From NCBI GenBank assembly GCA_965644495.1, contig CBFFSA010000001.1, positions 1,488,001 through 1,552,000 on the forward strand: a stretch of 64,000 nucleotides of DNA, read 5' to 3'. Position numbers and translations under genes: made by a program. Numbering within the stretch: the stretch's first letter is position 1; every line of letters starts with the position of its first letter. Shown piece by piece: positions 44,601 through 55,529 of this stretch. This DNA is from Perkinsela sp. CCAP 1560/9. Its lineage: Eukaryota; Protista; Euglenozoa: Kinetoplastea. The notes under the pieces are model-generated. The model had not been told where the DNA came from. It saw only the letters and a list, made by a program, of their open reading frames with translations, and did not search any database.

Positions 44601-45449
44601 CCTATTCACGCTGGTAACTTTGCCAATAGATATATTGATCTGGTCTCGGTTATCGAATGTCCATGCGATGGTGCACATCGCTCCCTTTTTGACATGTTTC
44701 GAGGCATTCCACAAATGATCGGCGGGAATCGGATAGTGAGACTGCGGTGACATAGACCCAAGCTCAGTGCATAGCCGTCCAGAATCGACTTCTTCGTCGA
44801 AGCAAATTCTTTCTAAGTCGTCGTGTCTGGCATGCGGATCGATCGAGTTGACCTTGTCGGGCTCGTGTCCTCCTTCTGTCGTACCTTCCTGATTTTCGGT
44901 GGGATGAATTATCTCCCCTATGCTATAATCACCATCCTCTCTTTCAACCACTCCGGCAGTGTAAAGTTCACCGATCGGTAGTGGGATCGACAGGTTGTTT
45001 GTTGTACATGTAGGTGGTGTTTCATCATCGTTGGGAGTCCGATAATCGGGTTTTACAGGCGTGAAATACGTATCAGGTGTATCCCCTTCGGGCGCGTCGG
45101 AGAAGATGTCGAAACCTCGCACGTCGTGAAACCATCCCTCCCCATGATTTGAGTAGCCGTTGACGTATTGTTTTTTTAGTGGGCTTTCATCTCTCTTCAA
45201 TAAATGAGCTCCGTTGAGGGTTTGAAGTCCCTTCCAGACTGCTTTCCCGACAAAACCGGCCACTTTCCCGATGGCCGCCAGCCGATTTGTCTGATTTACC
45301 GCTACCCGGTTTGGAGTTACTTTTTCGAGTCCTTCTTGTGAAGCCTGTTTCGCTGTTATCGCTTTCGCGGCAGCTTCCTGCGCGGCGCCTTCTTTCGCGG
45401 CAGCTTCCTTCGTGGCGGTTTCTTTTGCGACAGCCTCCTGTTCTTTCAT
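41622..45449 (-). CDS. Intact 1275-aa RT-RLE polyprotein (subfamily II); its polyA appears as the T-run at ~41518-41531
   Basis: VDVKNAFN, GVRQGSTLS, AYFDD, KGGLGL, CPGC/CTKC/CTQC clusters, GPDIVI..YYDLTV..RKHDTY. Confidence 0.95.
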   Translation of the reverse strand: MKEQEAVAKETATKEAAAKEGAAQEAAAKAITAKQASQEGLEKVTPNRVAVNQTNRLAAIGKVAGFVGKAVWKGLQTLNGAHLLKRDESPLKKQYVNGYSNHGEGWFHDVRGFDIFSDAPEGDTPDTYFTPVKPDYRTPNDDETPPTCTTNNLSIPLPIGELYTAGVVEREDGDYSIGEIIHPTENQEGTTEGGHEPDKVNSIDPHARHDDLERICFDEEVDSGRLCTELGSMSPQSHYPIPADHLWNASKHVKKGAMCTIAWTFDNRDQINISIGKVTSVNRRKGAAKLNLQYKGIAGHKIDEEFFGTLPPQETVRVYRIIWHCTPPPPETCPPKLNQSIPHIPNAALPVPDWTDDDLDRAPIPTSRVMRPELIPGVIATYREIMSDYANSPYPQRHKIWHAVLSAMKTSLATLRQQPNRNRCRRPFPPEETARDSAQQNMKDGKALLDRSNGKEDNGDELSENKGDLTASDKRAIKRATRLVIEGYARKGAQVLDRKIEKQYLSEEETFKKLQDLHPQNPYELDLPCDAPLIGGLTPTELRSAGLRLAKGASPGPTGTTDTIVRILIDDPVCCGSLCHMIQDLINGFLTKELMRRLTRARLIGIPKPDGGIRPIAIGEVLMKLSGLVLVQRFEPTLQPLFAPLQQGVLSKSGCEKIVHRLNSLYRDGSCILSVDVKNAFNSPSRPALAKAVYGLATLKPFQRFFHAEYATASELLYYGNQGHHVGTIPSTNGVRQGSTLSSVYFCALLQPILETLSAEHPDITINAYFDDVTIASKNPERLASAFSRLKTLLEEQNLIVAPKKCVWFGGLEEEPLPQELESAGVITKKKATKILGAFIGDDKSVSERLIQSLTKHNDSFRRLKLMGVNNVSCNLLSRCINVRQAYHLRAHNPTASAELATRFDKEVENVLTSWFGHLSDEQIALLRMPTKKGGLGLTDCSSTREAAYRSSCHSVLERPINNSARTDGIRERNVGSADHLQSNIPPVDETTTAAQKHIKIWKKMTREQSNIAKVLEKVTHKGNNGWTHSDARLIPSHLFSLAVMPRLGIAHPDLPSHITCPGCRILLDSDSILTHIMGCTKCSGLNATTKHNTLVNFIYELCMKTGIPCEKEPRALSTFRCTQCNEIVNPNHRKLHEKTCGGRSFHRSGPDIVIYWATGEIYYDLTVIHELAPSNLDTKCAHLFRDACRRKHDTYVKTGKIMAESFQCIPVLSGGAMHSNTKALMDALADACGMQRKRVYAEFQLLLQELNGAVAYSQLSRYLRKEDKSREYAF

Positions 45450-45703
45450 TGTATCAAGCAGGTGCTGGAAGGATCTATAACGAGTGCCGCGTCGACGGAT
45501 GACGATTTTACTTTTTTTTTTTTTTTCTCACTTCACTTTAGGAAAACGAGATGAACCTACAGAAGAAATATCCAAAGCATCTGTGTTAAAATCTGTGATA
45601 AAGGATAAAAGACAAACGCGTAGCAAGGGTCCAGTTGTGGTACAGACGCTCGATGAAATCGGTTACAGAAAACGAAAAGCCGGTAAAACAAAGTACAAAC
45701 TTC

Positions 45704-46316
45704 TTTTGTAAGATACACTTTTTGAATATCACTTTTCAACCTGGAATAACAATCCTTCTGTGCAGAAAATCCTTTTATAAATAAAATATCTTTTTTTTTT
45801 TTTTTTTGACGAAGGTGACTATATTTAGATATATTCGCCATCATTTGTGCAAAGGGGCGATTATTCGAAAATTTTGATTTTGCTAATTTTTTTTTCTAAT
45901 TATGTAAAGGGAAGGGTGGTGATCCAAAATTTTCGAGTTGCAAAGTAAAGCAAAAGCTTTATTAACTTTTGCAAAAAGTTTTAACTTATGGAAATTGTTT
46001 CTAATGTTCAATAAAATAAAATCATATATTTCGTCTGAACGATTACCTGACTTTCTGAGTATAATTACTAACACAAGTTTACATTTTTGTCATTGTGATA
46101 TTTGTCCTTCAGGAAAATAACCATAAAGTAAAGTAAAGTGCTCAGTTTGCGTTTACTGGGAAAGATTAGTTGTGTTAATAAAACCGTTTAAGGAAAGATT
46201 AGTTACTTAGTCCGCCTATCCAGTTGCAGTGTGGGATCACGTCTCTTAGTTGGCATACAACTGTGTATGCATTGAATTTTTCAACTGCTAGTCGGAAGGC
46301 ATCGCGTGTGTCTTTA
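45704..46316 (-). repeat. Inverted ~0.6-kb copy of 56507-57113 (CRE C-terminus + 3'UTR)
   Basis: Identical peptide KDTRDAFRLAVEKF...WIGGLSN* and a near-identical UTR on opposite strands. Confidence 0.93.
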
Positions 46317-46718
46317 CCGGGCGACGCTTTGCCTATTGAAGGGTAAGAGGTTAGGGAGGTGTTCTTTGTTGATACGCTTGTTTCGCAACTCGCGCTGCCT
46401 TTCTCCGGTCTGTTGCATGATGGCTCACGCGACTTCGGGGCCGTGAAATTGATTGACGATTGGTCCGGTCGTTGCGGTGGTGGCTGCAGTGGTGGCTGTG
46501 GTGGTGGTGGCGATCGTTGCTGCGGCGGTGGCGACCGCTGGGGCGGCGGTGGCGATGGCGGCGGTAGTAGCTTTGGCTTTTCCGCGGGGAGTCTCTTCTT
46601 CCGGCGTGTGGGGGGAAGCGACTGGACGACGGGAGCTACCCCCGTCTCCTTCGCTTTTGCACGCGTGAGCATGCCCATTTCAAAGAAAAAGAGTAGGAAA
46701 GAAAAATGGCACAACAAG
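46317..46718 (-). pseudogene. CRE-like 5' fragment MGMLTRAKAKETG (Pro-rich)
   Basis: Homologous N-terminus; 7-nt SL remnant cttgttg at 46712-46718. Confidence 0.7.
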
Positions 46719-48191
46719 AAAAAATGGCACAACTTTTCCGTGATGCCATAAAACGCAAAGTCTCCAAATACGTGGCGTCTAAGCTTATTCCTAATGAGCA
46801 ATTCCAATGTGTACCAATGCTCTCCGGCGGTGCAATGCACAGCAACACCAAAGCGCTTATCACAACCCTGGCTGATGCATGTGGACTCGAACGGGACTTC
46901 GTAGTACAGGATTTCACCCTTCGACTACAGGAACTTAACGGTTCAGTGGTGATGTCCCAACTCCGCAAATACATAGCCACAACTCAAGTGGACAATACGG
47001 CTTTTTAGGCACGTGCGAGTTTTTCGGTAGGCGTTGACTATTGATATAAGAGTTGAAGTTTAGACGACTGAAAGTCTATGAAAAGAAACTGAGATGAATG
47101 TTCACAGACAGTGACACTACACAAAATTTTATAAAGAACACACTTTTTTCCAACTCCAGCACGTTTTTTTTATTGATTTTACAGTTCCGTGAGATATATT
47201 TAGAAGCGCTTGGTTATCAAAGCTCTACGCTAGTAGGCATTCTTCTTTTGGCCTCGCGTTTTTCGATCTTTCCCATAGCATATCCGTCGCAACTGGAAAG
47301 CTAAAAGCCGGATCAATTGACCCTGCCCAACGTTGAACAATGGCCTTGTTGCACGAATTGGGGTCTGGCAAGGAGTTTGCTTCTGAACTTGCAAGCGTTT
47401 CGTGCAGTGTATCACTCCATTGTCTGCTCGACCCCTTCTATATACTCGCTGAGCGTCTTTTGTTCGTCGCGCTTGCGTTTCCTGGTTCGTAACGGGTCGG
47501 AAAAATTTGCGTTCAGCGGGTCGACAAGATATTTCGGCAGACGGGGCTTGGGCCGCGGCGTATCCGTCAGAGAAACGTTGGGAAGCATGTGAACCATCCC
47601 GCGCGAAAAATCTTTTTGACACCACGTGGGGTTTTCTGTCGTCCCCATTTCCTGTAATACCTCCCGTTCGATCGTCATATACGGATAAGGAAGGTTTTCC
47701 CCAAGCGGAACTGGTCGTGACGCGGGGGTGAAGCACGGGGTCGGGAGTTCGGGAATCATGACACAATGTGTTATTGGCGCCGATCGAGGGGTGTTCTTTG
47801 CAGAATGACTGTGTGGGGAAGGCGTGTGGGGGATTGGAGGGAGGGAATCGATCACGGGATTTATGACGTCTTCTATAGCGGGGTTTATGACGTCTTCTAC
47901 GGTTTTGCAGGGCGGAAAAATCGGACGACTGAGCCGCGACTCCTCCCCGTGGGAGTCCGATTCCATGTGAATCGGGGTAGGAGTAAACTGTAGACGCCGA
48001 GGCGGACTCGACTCCAAGGCGGACGCCAGACAACTCAACGGCGTCTGGATCTCCGTGTGGGCAACTGGATTTTGGGGAGTCGGTGCTGGGGAGAACGCTA
48101 GACACCGCGGCAGACTTTCTAGTGCGGGCATTGGTGTCTTCGTTGCGCTCTGTTCGGTATTGTTGATGCTTAATTGGGGCGGTTCCCGAGT

Positions 48192-48638
48192 GTTTCTGTA
48201 CCTTGTTGTACCTTGTTGTTTTTTTTCGTTAAACTTTACAAAAACTTTATGGTTGTGCTAACGCGCTCCAAACTTGCAATGCAGCACTCGACCAACGAAT
48301 CCAATATCGACCCACAGAGCGACTGGAACGAAATACACTACCCTACACCAATTCTACCTCAAGTGTCGAAGAAATGGAAAGGAAAAGTAGGTAGTCTAAA
48401 GGGCAAAGGTCTAAACGAGATTATGGACAAAAGCAGCGACATTCACGACAACTCCACAAATTCAGACGAAATGAACATCGAACCGCGAGAATGCATCACA
48501 CGACAAGAATCACGACAAAGCAAACCACGGAAAATCAAAGTTATCATCGGAGACTCACGACCTTCGGATCAAACAAGCTCAGATATCTTACAAAAAACGA
48601 TGGATGGGTATTCAATGTTTACCCGTACTGGCAGCTGA
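48192..48638 (+). pseudogene. SL-headed 5' fragment MVVLTRSKLA...
   Basis: gtttctgtaccttgttg plus a repeated taccttgttg (48192-48218), T-rich leader, ATG at 48249. Confidence 0.65.
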
Positions 48639-48877
48639 GACGTCGCGCTGCAAAGTATGAACTAAGTGGTATATTATTATTATTCCTTGATGATGATGAT
48701 GAATTAGGCAATATATCTCCGAGGAGATGTTACCTCCCTAGACCAAGCCTCCCCTTATCGCTTGCTAGGAGCTGTGCCACGCAGCACGCAAGTCAAATCC
48801 GAAGATTTGACCAGATCGAGCGCGAGCAGCCAGCTTATCTTTTTTTATCCCCTTTTATATACTACAAGAAAATATTC

Positions 48878-50665
48878 GGGTACGTCTCTACTTCGTTGAA
48901 TATTCAACGAACCGCCGGCGGTTCGTTGAACGATTCAACGAAGCGATGGCTCTTCGTTGAATATTCAACGAACGAGATTTTAATTTTTTTTCGAGCGAGC
49001 GTTCGATTTTTTTAACATTTTAAATTGTCTCAACGGAGCAACAAAGGTAGCGCATGGTACTAGAAACTCTTTTTCGGCAAGTCGATCTCATTTTTCCTGC
49101 GGAAACCACCCAACCAACCAGAATCCTGCGGAAGTGGCAGACATAGGTTCTCAGTGCGCGACCCGCGCGCTGGAGCGCGCGGGTCGCCAAAAAATATAAT
49201 TATGTCCCAGGGCTACGCTCACAGTTGGGCCTTGCTCGCAGACGGGGGCTTTTGCCTCCAGAAGTGGGCTTCGCTCACAGTTGGGCCTTGCCTCTCGACA
49301 ATCCTGCGGAAGTGGCAGACATAGGTCCTCAGTGCGCGACCCGCGCGCTGGAGCCCACGGGTCGCCAAAAAATATAATTATGTCCCAGGGCTACGCTCAC
49401 AGTTGGGCCTTGCTCGCAGACGGGGGCTTTTGCCTCCAGAAGTGGGCTTCGCTCAACGTTGGGCCTTGCCTCTCGACAATCCTGCGGAAGTGGCAGACAT
49501 AGGTCCTCAGTGCGCGACCCGCGCGCTGGAGCGCACGGGTCGCCAAAAAATATAATTATGTCCCAGGGCTACGCTCACAGTTGGGCCTTGCTCGCAGACG
49601 GGGGCTTTTGCCTCCAGAAGTGGGCTTCGCTCACAGTTGGGCCTTGCTCGCAGACGGGGGTTTTGCGATGAAATTCTACTACGATAAAAATTCTGAAAAG
49701 GATGCATTTGGGGATTTAATGCTTTTGTTTAATGTCACTGTCTGTGAACATTCATCTCAGTTTCTTTTCATAAACTTTCAGTCGTCTAAACTTCAACTCT
49801 TATATCAATAGTCATTTCTTTCCTAAAAAAATCTCGAAGGCATTTCTCCTGTGAAATCCTATGAGCTCTCTACAGCTCACAGGGCAGACCTGATTTTATG
49901 CATAATTCATTTTTTTTGTTGAAGCTTACGCGTCTTTGTAAGCTTATGTATTAAATATATAATTTTACTGAAGTATTAATCTGTTTGACTCAAAAACCAT
50001 AATTTTCTGTTCCATTCGACGCTAAGTATTTGCGGAGTTGCGAGTATACAGCAGCTCCGTTGAGGTCCTGTAATAGAAGTTTAAAGTCGGCCTCGACGGT
50101 TTTTCTATCTACTGTAGGACCGAGCCCCTTTTCCTTTTGTTATTGCTATTCCATATCTTTGCTTTACGTATTCGAGTTTGGAAAAAAAAACAACAAAGGG
50201 GTGAATTAAACAAACGTTTGGTATTCGGACAGGCGCTAGCTGGATCGGTAATATTAATATTCGTTGCATTAATCAGCTGCTACTTGTTTATTGTTGGAGT
50301 TCTCCCAGCCATTCAGTTGGTGTCATGTACTTTCTCAGTTGATTAGCTACAGTGTAGGCGTTCATCTTTTCAATCTCTAGCTGAAACGCTTCCTTGACTT
50401 CATTGACATTTCTTTCTGACCGTTTCGCTAAGCACTCCAACAATCGCCTGGTATTTTGATGGAGTTGTCCGAACTCTGTAACCCCTAGGCAACTAAAAGG
50501 TTTTGCCTCAAGAAGTGGGCTTCGCTGGCAGAATCCCAGAAAAGTTCAGTGAAAAAAAATAAAAAATCGCTTCGTTGAATCGTTCAACGAACCGACGGCG
50601 CTTCGTTGAATGTTCAACGAACCGACGGCGCTTCGTTGAATATTCAACGAAGTAGAGACATAGCC
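48878..50665. mobile_element. TIR DNA transposon variant, 8-bp TSD, with retroelement cargo fragments at ~49990-50100 and 50288-50495 (minus strand)
   Basis: Termini gggtacgtctctacttcgttgaatattcaacgaa...ttcgttgaatattcaacgaagtagagacatagcc; TSD aaatattc at 48870-48877 and 50666-50673. Confidence 0.92.
49122..49647 (+). repeat. About 3 tandem copies of a 178-bp unit internal to the TIR element
   Basis: aatcctgcggaagtggcagacatagg at 49122, 49300 and 49478. Confidence 0.95.
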
Positions 50666-50731
50666 AAATATTCTTTATGAAAAAACACTTCTTTTGAAGT
50701 GAAAAACACAACACACTCCAAAGATTATGCT

Positions 50732-50930
50732 GAATGACACCCACCCTAGTTTCTTAGTACCTTGTTATATCCGGTACCGGGCGGTGTCATTCTCACGCTG
50801 CGATGTCTGGGTGACCGTTACCCTAGTTATTTTGTGCCTTGTTTTGTTGGCACCGGGTAGTGTCATCCGCGGGACCTTGATCGTACCCACCCTAGGTATG
50901 TAGCGTCTTGTTGTGCGACGCCGGGTGAGT
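50732..50930. other. Three copies of an unclassified structured motif (CCC-TAG-N7-5bp stem-TTG loop-stem-C-GGG)
   Basis: Stems gtacc/ggtac, gtgcc/ggcac and gcgtc/gacgc with fixed spacing. Confidence 0.8.
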
Positions 50931-50961
50931 TAGCTAGGGAAGCTGGGGTCGCTACGCCCCA

Positions 50962-51197
50962 TCATTCGACAAAAGTCGAATGCCCTGACGCGGAAGATGG
51001 TGCAGCAGACGGCGCGGCGGATGGCGGTGCAGCAGGTTGCGCCGGGGTCCGCGGAGGTGGTGGCTCCTGTGGGGGTTTCTTCTTCCGGCGTGTGGGGGGA
51101 AGCGTCTGGATAACAGGGGCTACCCCCGTATCCTTCGCCTTGGCACGCGTCAGCATGCCCATTTAATAAAATTTAAAAATAATTCAACAAGGTACAG
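50962..51197 (-). pseudogene. SL-headed CRE-like 5' fragment MGMLTRAKAKDTG
   Basis: ctgtaccttgttg on the minus strand at 51185-51197; ATG at 51162. Confidence 0.75.
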
Positions 51198-52247
51198 TAT
51201 TATTCCTTAATACGCCGGCTCATGGTCAATTGCCATTTCCCGTTGAGTCTCATTGGGTTTAACTCTAAATCCCCCCTAGCCTACCATATGTATATTGCAT
51301 AAAAACGAATCTCCATCGAAGTCTCCCCAAATAACCGAAAATGCGCCGCAAAATGAAGACGACATGTCAGCTGACACCGATGGCCTAAGTACCTCATCTG
51401 AAACAATGTCATCCGACGATCTGTGTATGAGTGAGCTGGCACGCACACTAAGTTTGAAAGCGCCAGACCAAGTTCAAGACATTGTATCAGAATGGGGCCG
51501 CGGTACTCAATGCGAGATCCTTTGGAACTTCCGCTACGGAGAAAAAATTTTTTATTCTGTCGGCGAAGTAGTGTCCCGCGTCTCAAGGAAAGGTCAGGTT
51601 CGTATAAAGATTGCGTACTCCCCTGCTGAAGGACAAACCGGACCCCAAGGAAACCTCTTTCTTCCACAGTCTGACAAAGTGCGAGTCTTTCAAATCTGTG
51701 CTACGAAGATAAATCGAATACCAAGCAAAGGAGTAAACACGCTAAATTTTCCGGAGAGCATGTCAGAGACGACGAAGGAATCCGACACGCACAGAGACAT
51801 GGAACCACTTCCACCGCTAGCTCAAATAGAACCGTCCTTTGCTGTACATGTGGTTTCAATTTTCAGAGAGACAATTCGCGAATATCCTCGTTTACAACTT
51901 CTGTCCGAAAAAGAAACCCTATGGCACAGGTTCCTAAATGCTCCGAGAGATGCTTTGACCACTGTGAGGAAAATGCTAATGCGAACACGAGCCACGACTC
52001 ACGCGCCGAAAAGTAAAAGTAAATATGAATACAACGTCGACAAGCTCAGCCAAGAAGAACAAGAAGAGTTAGAAACTGACCGCCGAGCGATCCGCAATGC
52101 TTTACGAACGGCAAAAGCAGGAAACCTAGGCAAAGCAACGCGTATTCTCGATAACGTCTACAAACAATCACCCCTGACTGTCGAAGAAAAAGTTTCTCTT
52201 CTAAAAAGTCTCCATCCTTCCGGGAAAACGCCTCAAATGCCGATGAG

Positions 52248-52513
52248 TAATAGTTTACGAGATGAAATTTAGGCGAGGGCTATTTACGTTTAATAACCTG
52301 GCCCTTCGGGGCACATAAATATATGAACTTATGATATGGCCCTTCGGGGCACATGTATTATTAGTTTCTTCTTTCTCATATTCTTCAGTTTATGACTTTC
52401 AAACATCAACATATTTAGTAGACTTTATTTCCTTTTTGTAGCTGTACACGAGTTTCGAGGCCCACCCACCAACCCCCAGCCTCGGCTGCGGGGTGTGGGG
52501 GGCTGAGCCCCTT
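52248..52513 (+). repeat. Solo A-repeat plus the start of B from YR family C
   Basis: Reverse complement of ~58092-58357; begins exactly at taatagtttacg. Confidence 0.9.
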
Positions 52514-54378
52514 TCTTTCTGCGCATTGGAATTGTTGAACGAGACGAACTCCTCTTAGCGGCCAGCAAATTGGCAACGGGTGCTTCCCCCGGACCTACAG
52601 ATTTCAGCGAATCGATGTTGCGACTTCTCGCCGACGATGAAGAATGCAGCATTTGCTTATGCCACATGTTCCGCGACGTGATCAATGGCGACATTCCAAA
52701 CTCAGTGCGTGATCGACTCACAAGATGCAGATTAGAAGCTTTGCCCAAACAAATAAATAAACTGCGCCCGATCGCTATAGGAGAGACCATCCTTAAAGTG
52801 TGTGGCATCATTCTTTTGCAACGACATGAAGACGCGCTTAAAAAGCACTTTCAAACCTTCCAACGAGGCATACTATAAAAGAATGCGTGTGAGCAAATTG
52901 TGCATGAACTGATAGAAGAATACGAGGCAGACCACAAGATCGTCACAGTGGATTACACTAACGCATTCAACACACCAAACAGAATCGCCATTGCAGAAAC
53001 TCTTCAAAAGCATGATGTTTTCAGACCATTTATGCGCCTCTTTTTCCTAGAGTACTCCGAGCCATCTGATCTTCTTTTCTTTGCTGACAACACACTCTAT
53101 TCAACAATCAAAAGCACATCTGGGGTACGACAAGGTTCAGCGCTCTCATCTCTCTACTTTTGTAGCTTAATACATCCCATCCTAGCTGAAGTAGCCGATC
53201 TTTTTCCTGAAGTCACGATCCGAGCATATATGGACGACATCACGCTTTCATCTCGAAACACTTTATCCCTAGAAGCCGCTTTCCTCCATCTTCAAGAACT
53301 TTCTAAAGACTTATCACTTGATGTCAACTGCAATAAAACAGAGTGGTTTCAGAAAGGAGCAAAAAACTGTCCATTGGCATTGCAGAAAGCTGGTCTATCG
53401 TCACCGGAGAAATCTGTCAAGATCCTAGGCGCCTACATAGGGGAGAATGAGGACGTTAGTGAAAAGCTCGTACGACAGTCAGTAAAGCATGTATGCCTTT
53501 TTTGACGTTTGCAAATCATGGGCCCAAGCAATCTTTCGTTAGCAATGTTGCAACGATGCACGATTCCACGACAGGATTACTTTTTGCGCGTCCACAAACC
53601 AGCAGCTACACTGAAAATTGCGGAATGCTTCGATGCTGAAATATCAAGAATTATCTCACACTGGTTTCTCGCCACAGGTGACTCACTCCGCCTCGCAACT
53701 CTACCGCAAAAAATGGGAGGTCTTGGTCTCACTCAGTCCACCTTAAAGCAACGGTACTTTTTTGAAGCAGCCAGACGATCTATTGATGAGCATAAAATAT
53801 CCACTAAAGCTCCGGTAGGTCAACAAGCTGTTGAGAAAGTTAGTGGCGTTACTTTGAATCCGATGAAAAGAAAAACTAAGGCCTCTAAAGCAATTCGCGA
53901 AGAGCAAACAAAAGTGCTGTCAGAAATCAAAGCAAACAAGCGATTAAGTGAAGTCATTAGCAGAACAAAGGACTCGAATTCACACTTGGTCTCCACTAAT
54001 GATTACATCGGGTAGGGGGGACCTTCGATGAGTACTCATCGAAAGTCTACAACTTTCCGTGAGTCTCATCGAGAGTCTACAACTTTCGATGAGTACTCAT
54101 CGAAGCGTTTTTGAGCGACCCTAATAGAGATTTTCGAGGTTTTTTTATTACTCACCGAAGCGTTTGTGGCAAACAAACTGAAGCGTTTGTATAAAACAAA
54201 TTCACAATCCTTCGGAAGGGGTAGACACAGGTTCCCAGTGCGCTACCCGCGTGCTGGAGCGCGCGGGGCGCCAAAAGATATTATTATGTCCCATGGTCAA
54301 AAGAGAATCCGAACTCCTAATCGATAATAGAAGCTAAGTCAGACTGCATAATTTACAAAAAGAAAACATATGATCTAC

Positions 54379-54900
54379 AGATACAGTTTCTGTACCTTGT
54401 TGGTACATTTTCCCTTTAGTTCATCTTTTCTTTCCCCGGCAACGGGCATAATCTTACTGTTTTATATGCCCGTTGCCGGCCGGCACTAAGACCGAAACTG
54501 TCCCTCTTTCTCGGCGAAGTAGGGGACGCGCTTCCACCCCATCACCCCTTCCCGGCTCACTCCTTGAGTGGGTTTTCTTCCCTCCCCGGCTTTCTTCCCT
54601 TCGCGCCCTTTTCTTCCCGGGGAGCCATGCGCCATGGTGGCCTCCCTTGAGGACCACTGGGCGTGGCTCTGCCTCGTCTTATCGCGAGGCAGCGGTCGGT
54701 TGCAGTGCGCCCCTCCGGCTGCGTAAAGAGGTGGTGAGTTGCCTGGACCACCTCTACCGACTGGGACCGAGTCGGTTGCAGTGCGCCCCTCCGGCTGCGT
54801 AAAGAGAGGGCGAGTTGCCTGGACCCCCTCTACCGACAGAGTCCGAGCTAAACCCCCTTGGTGCGACATCCGTCAATACGGATTGTGCCGATGATATCGG
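54379..54900 (+). mobile_element. Second SL-headed, structured non-coding element (3' boundary uncertain)
   Basis: 24-nt SL at 54379-54402; 15-bp perfect hairpin at 54436-54479; twin 67-nt repeats at 54695-54761 and 54771-54837. Confidence 0.55.
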
Positions 54901-55490
54901 CTGTCGCATCAAGGGCTGTATCTCTGCGCCAACGAGCGCATGAACATCAAAACATAGTCTGATGGTCATCAACGTAACGGAAACATGATACCTACGTTAA
55001 AACCGGCAAAATAGCTGAAGAATCCGTCTTACAAAAAACAACAGGGCTACGCTCACAGTTGGGCCTTGCCTCTGGACAATCCTGCGGAAGGGGTAGACGG
55101 GTTGGGGGTACGTTCGTTGAGTTCTCAACGAACGGAAATTTACGGTGGAAGTCAAGGACTTTTGTGGAACACCCAAGATTTTTTTTTGATTTTCATTTTC
55201 CGTGCGTTCAGTATCCTACACTTCACTACATACGTTGACAACGCCTCCGTAGCGAAAACTACGAAATTCAGTGAGCTTCGCAAATTGCTTCCCACTAACG
55301 ACGCACAGGGGAATCCTACGCGGGGTACGGCTCAGGCCCGCTCACGCGGGCCCTCGCCGTTTCGCGGCCGCGCGCACCCCCGCTCACGCGGGGGCCCCCG
55401 CGCGGCCAAAATGGGTACTAAAATTTGTTATCAAGTAGTTGAGCTTCGCAAATTGCTTCCCACGAATCTAGAGAGAAGCACACGTACAAT

Positions 55491-55529
55491 AATCTTTAAC
55501 GATAAAGATACAGTTTCTGTACCTTGTTG
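55491..55529 (+). ncRNA. 39-nt SL-like sequence heading a CRE 5' fragment (MGVFTRSQAKESG, ATG at 55554)
   Basis: AATCTTTAACGATAAAGATACAGTTTCTGTACCTTGTTG; positions 20-32 and 37-39 are identical to the Trypanosoma brucei SL in the same register. Confidence 0.85.

Noticed and set aside
47230-48170. Minus-strand ORFs of 239 and 291 aa
   Set aside because: Low-complexity with no recognisable motif; possibly the N-terminus of another element but not supportable.
50732-50930. Helitron 3' ends, H/ACA snoRNAs or preQ1-like aptamers
   Set aside because: CTAG is enclosed by an outer stem and is not followed by a T target; the 10x1 internal loop is not a pseudouridylation pocket and AGA follows only one copy; the loop lacks the bases needed for a preQ1 pseudoknot.
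52860-53510. Stop-codon reassignment suggested by in-frame TAA/TGA
   Set aside because: Homologous intact ORFs have no internal stops and end normally at TAA, TAG or TGA; these look like ordinary C-to-T nonsense mutations.
54379-54480. Genuine SL RNA gene (TTG|GTA resembles the exon/intron donor)
   Set aside because: The exon is 5'-truncated, no Sm site or terminator T-tract is recognisable at the expected distance, and the downstream pyrimidine tract resembles the leaders of the other SL-headed elements. Not fully excluded.
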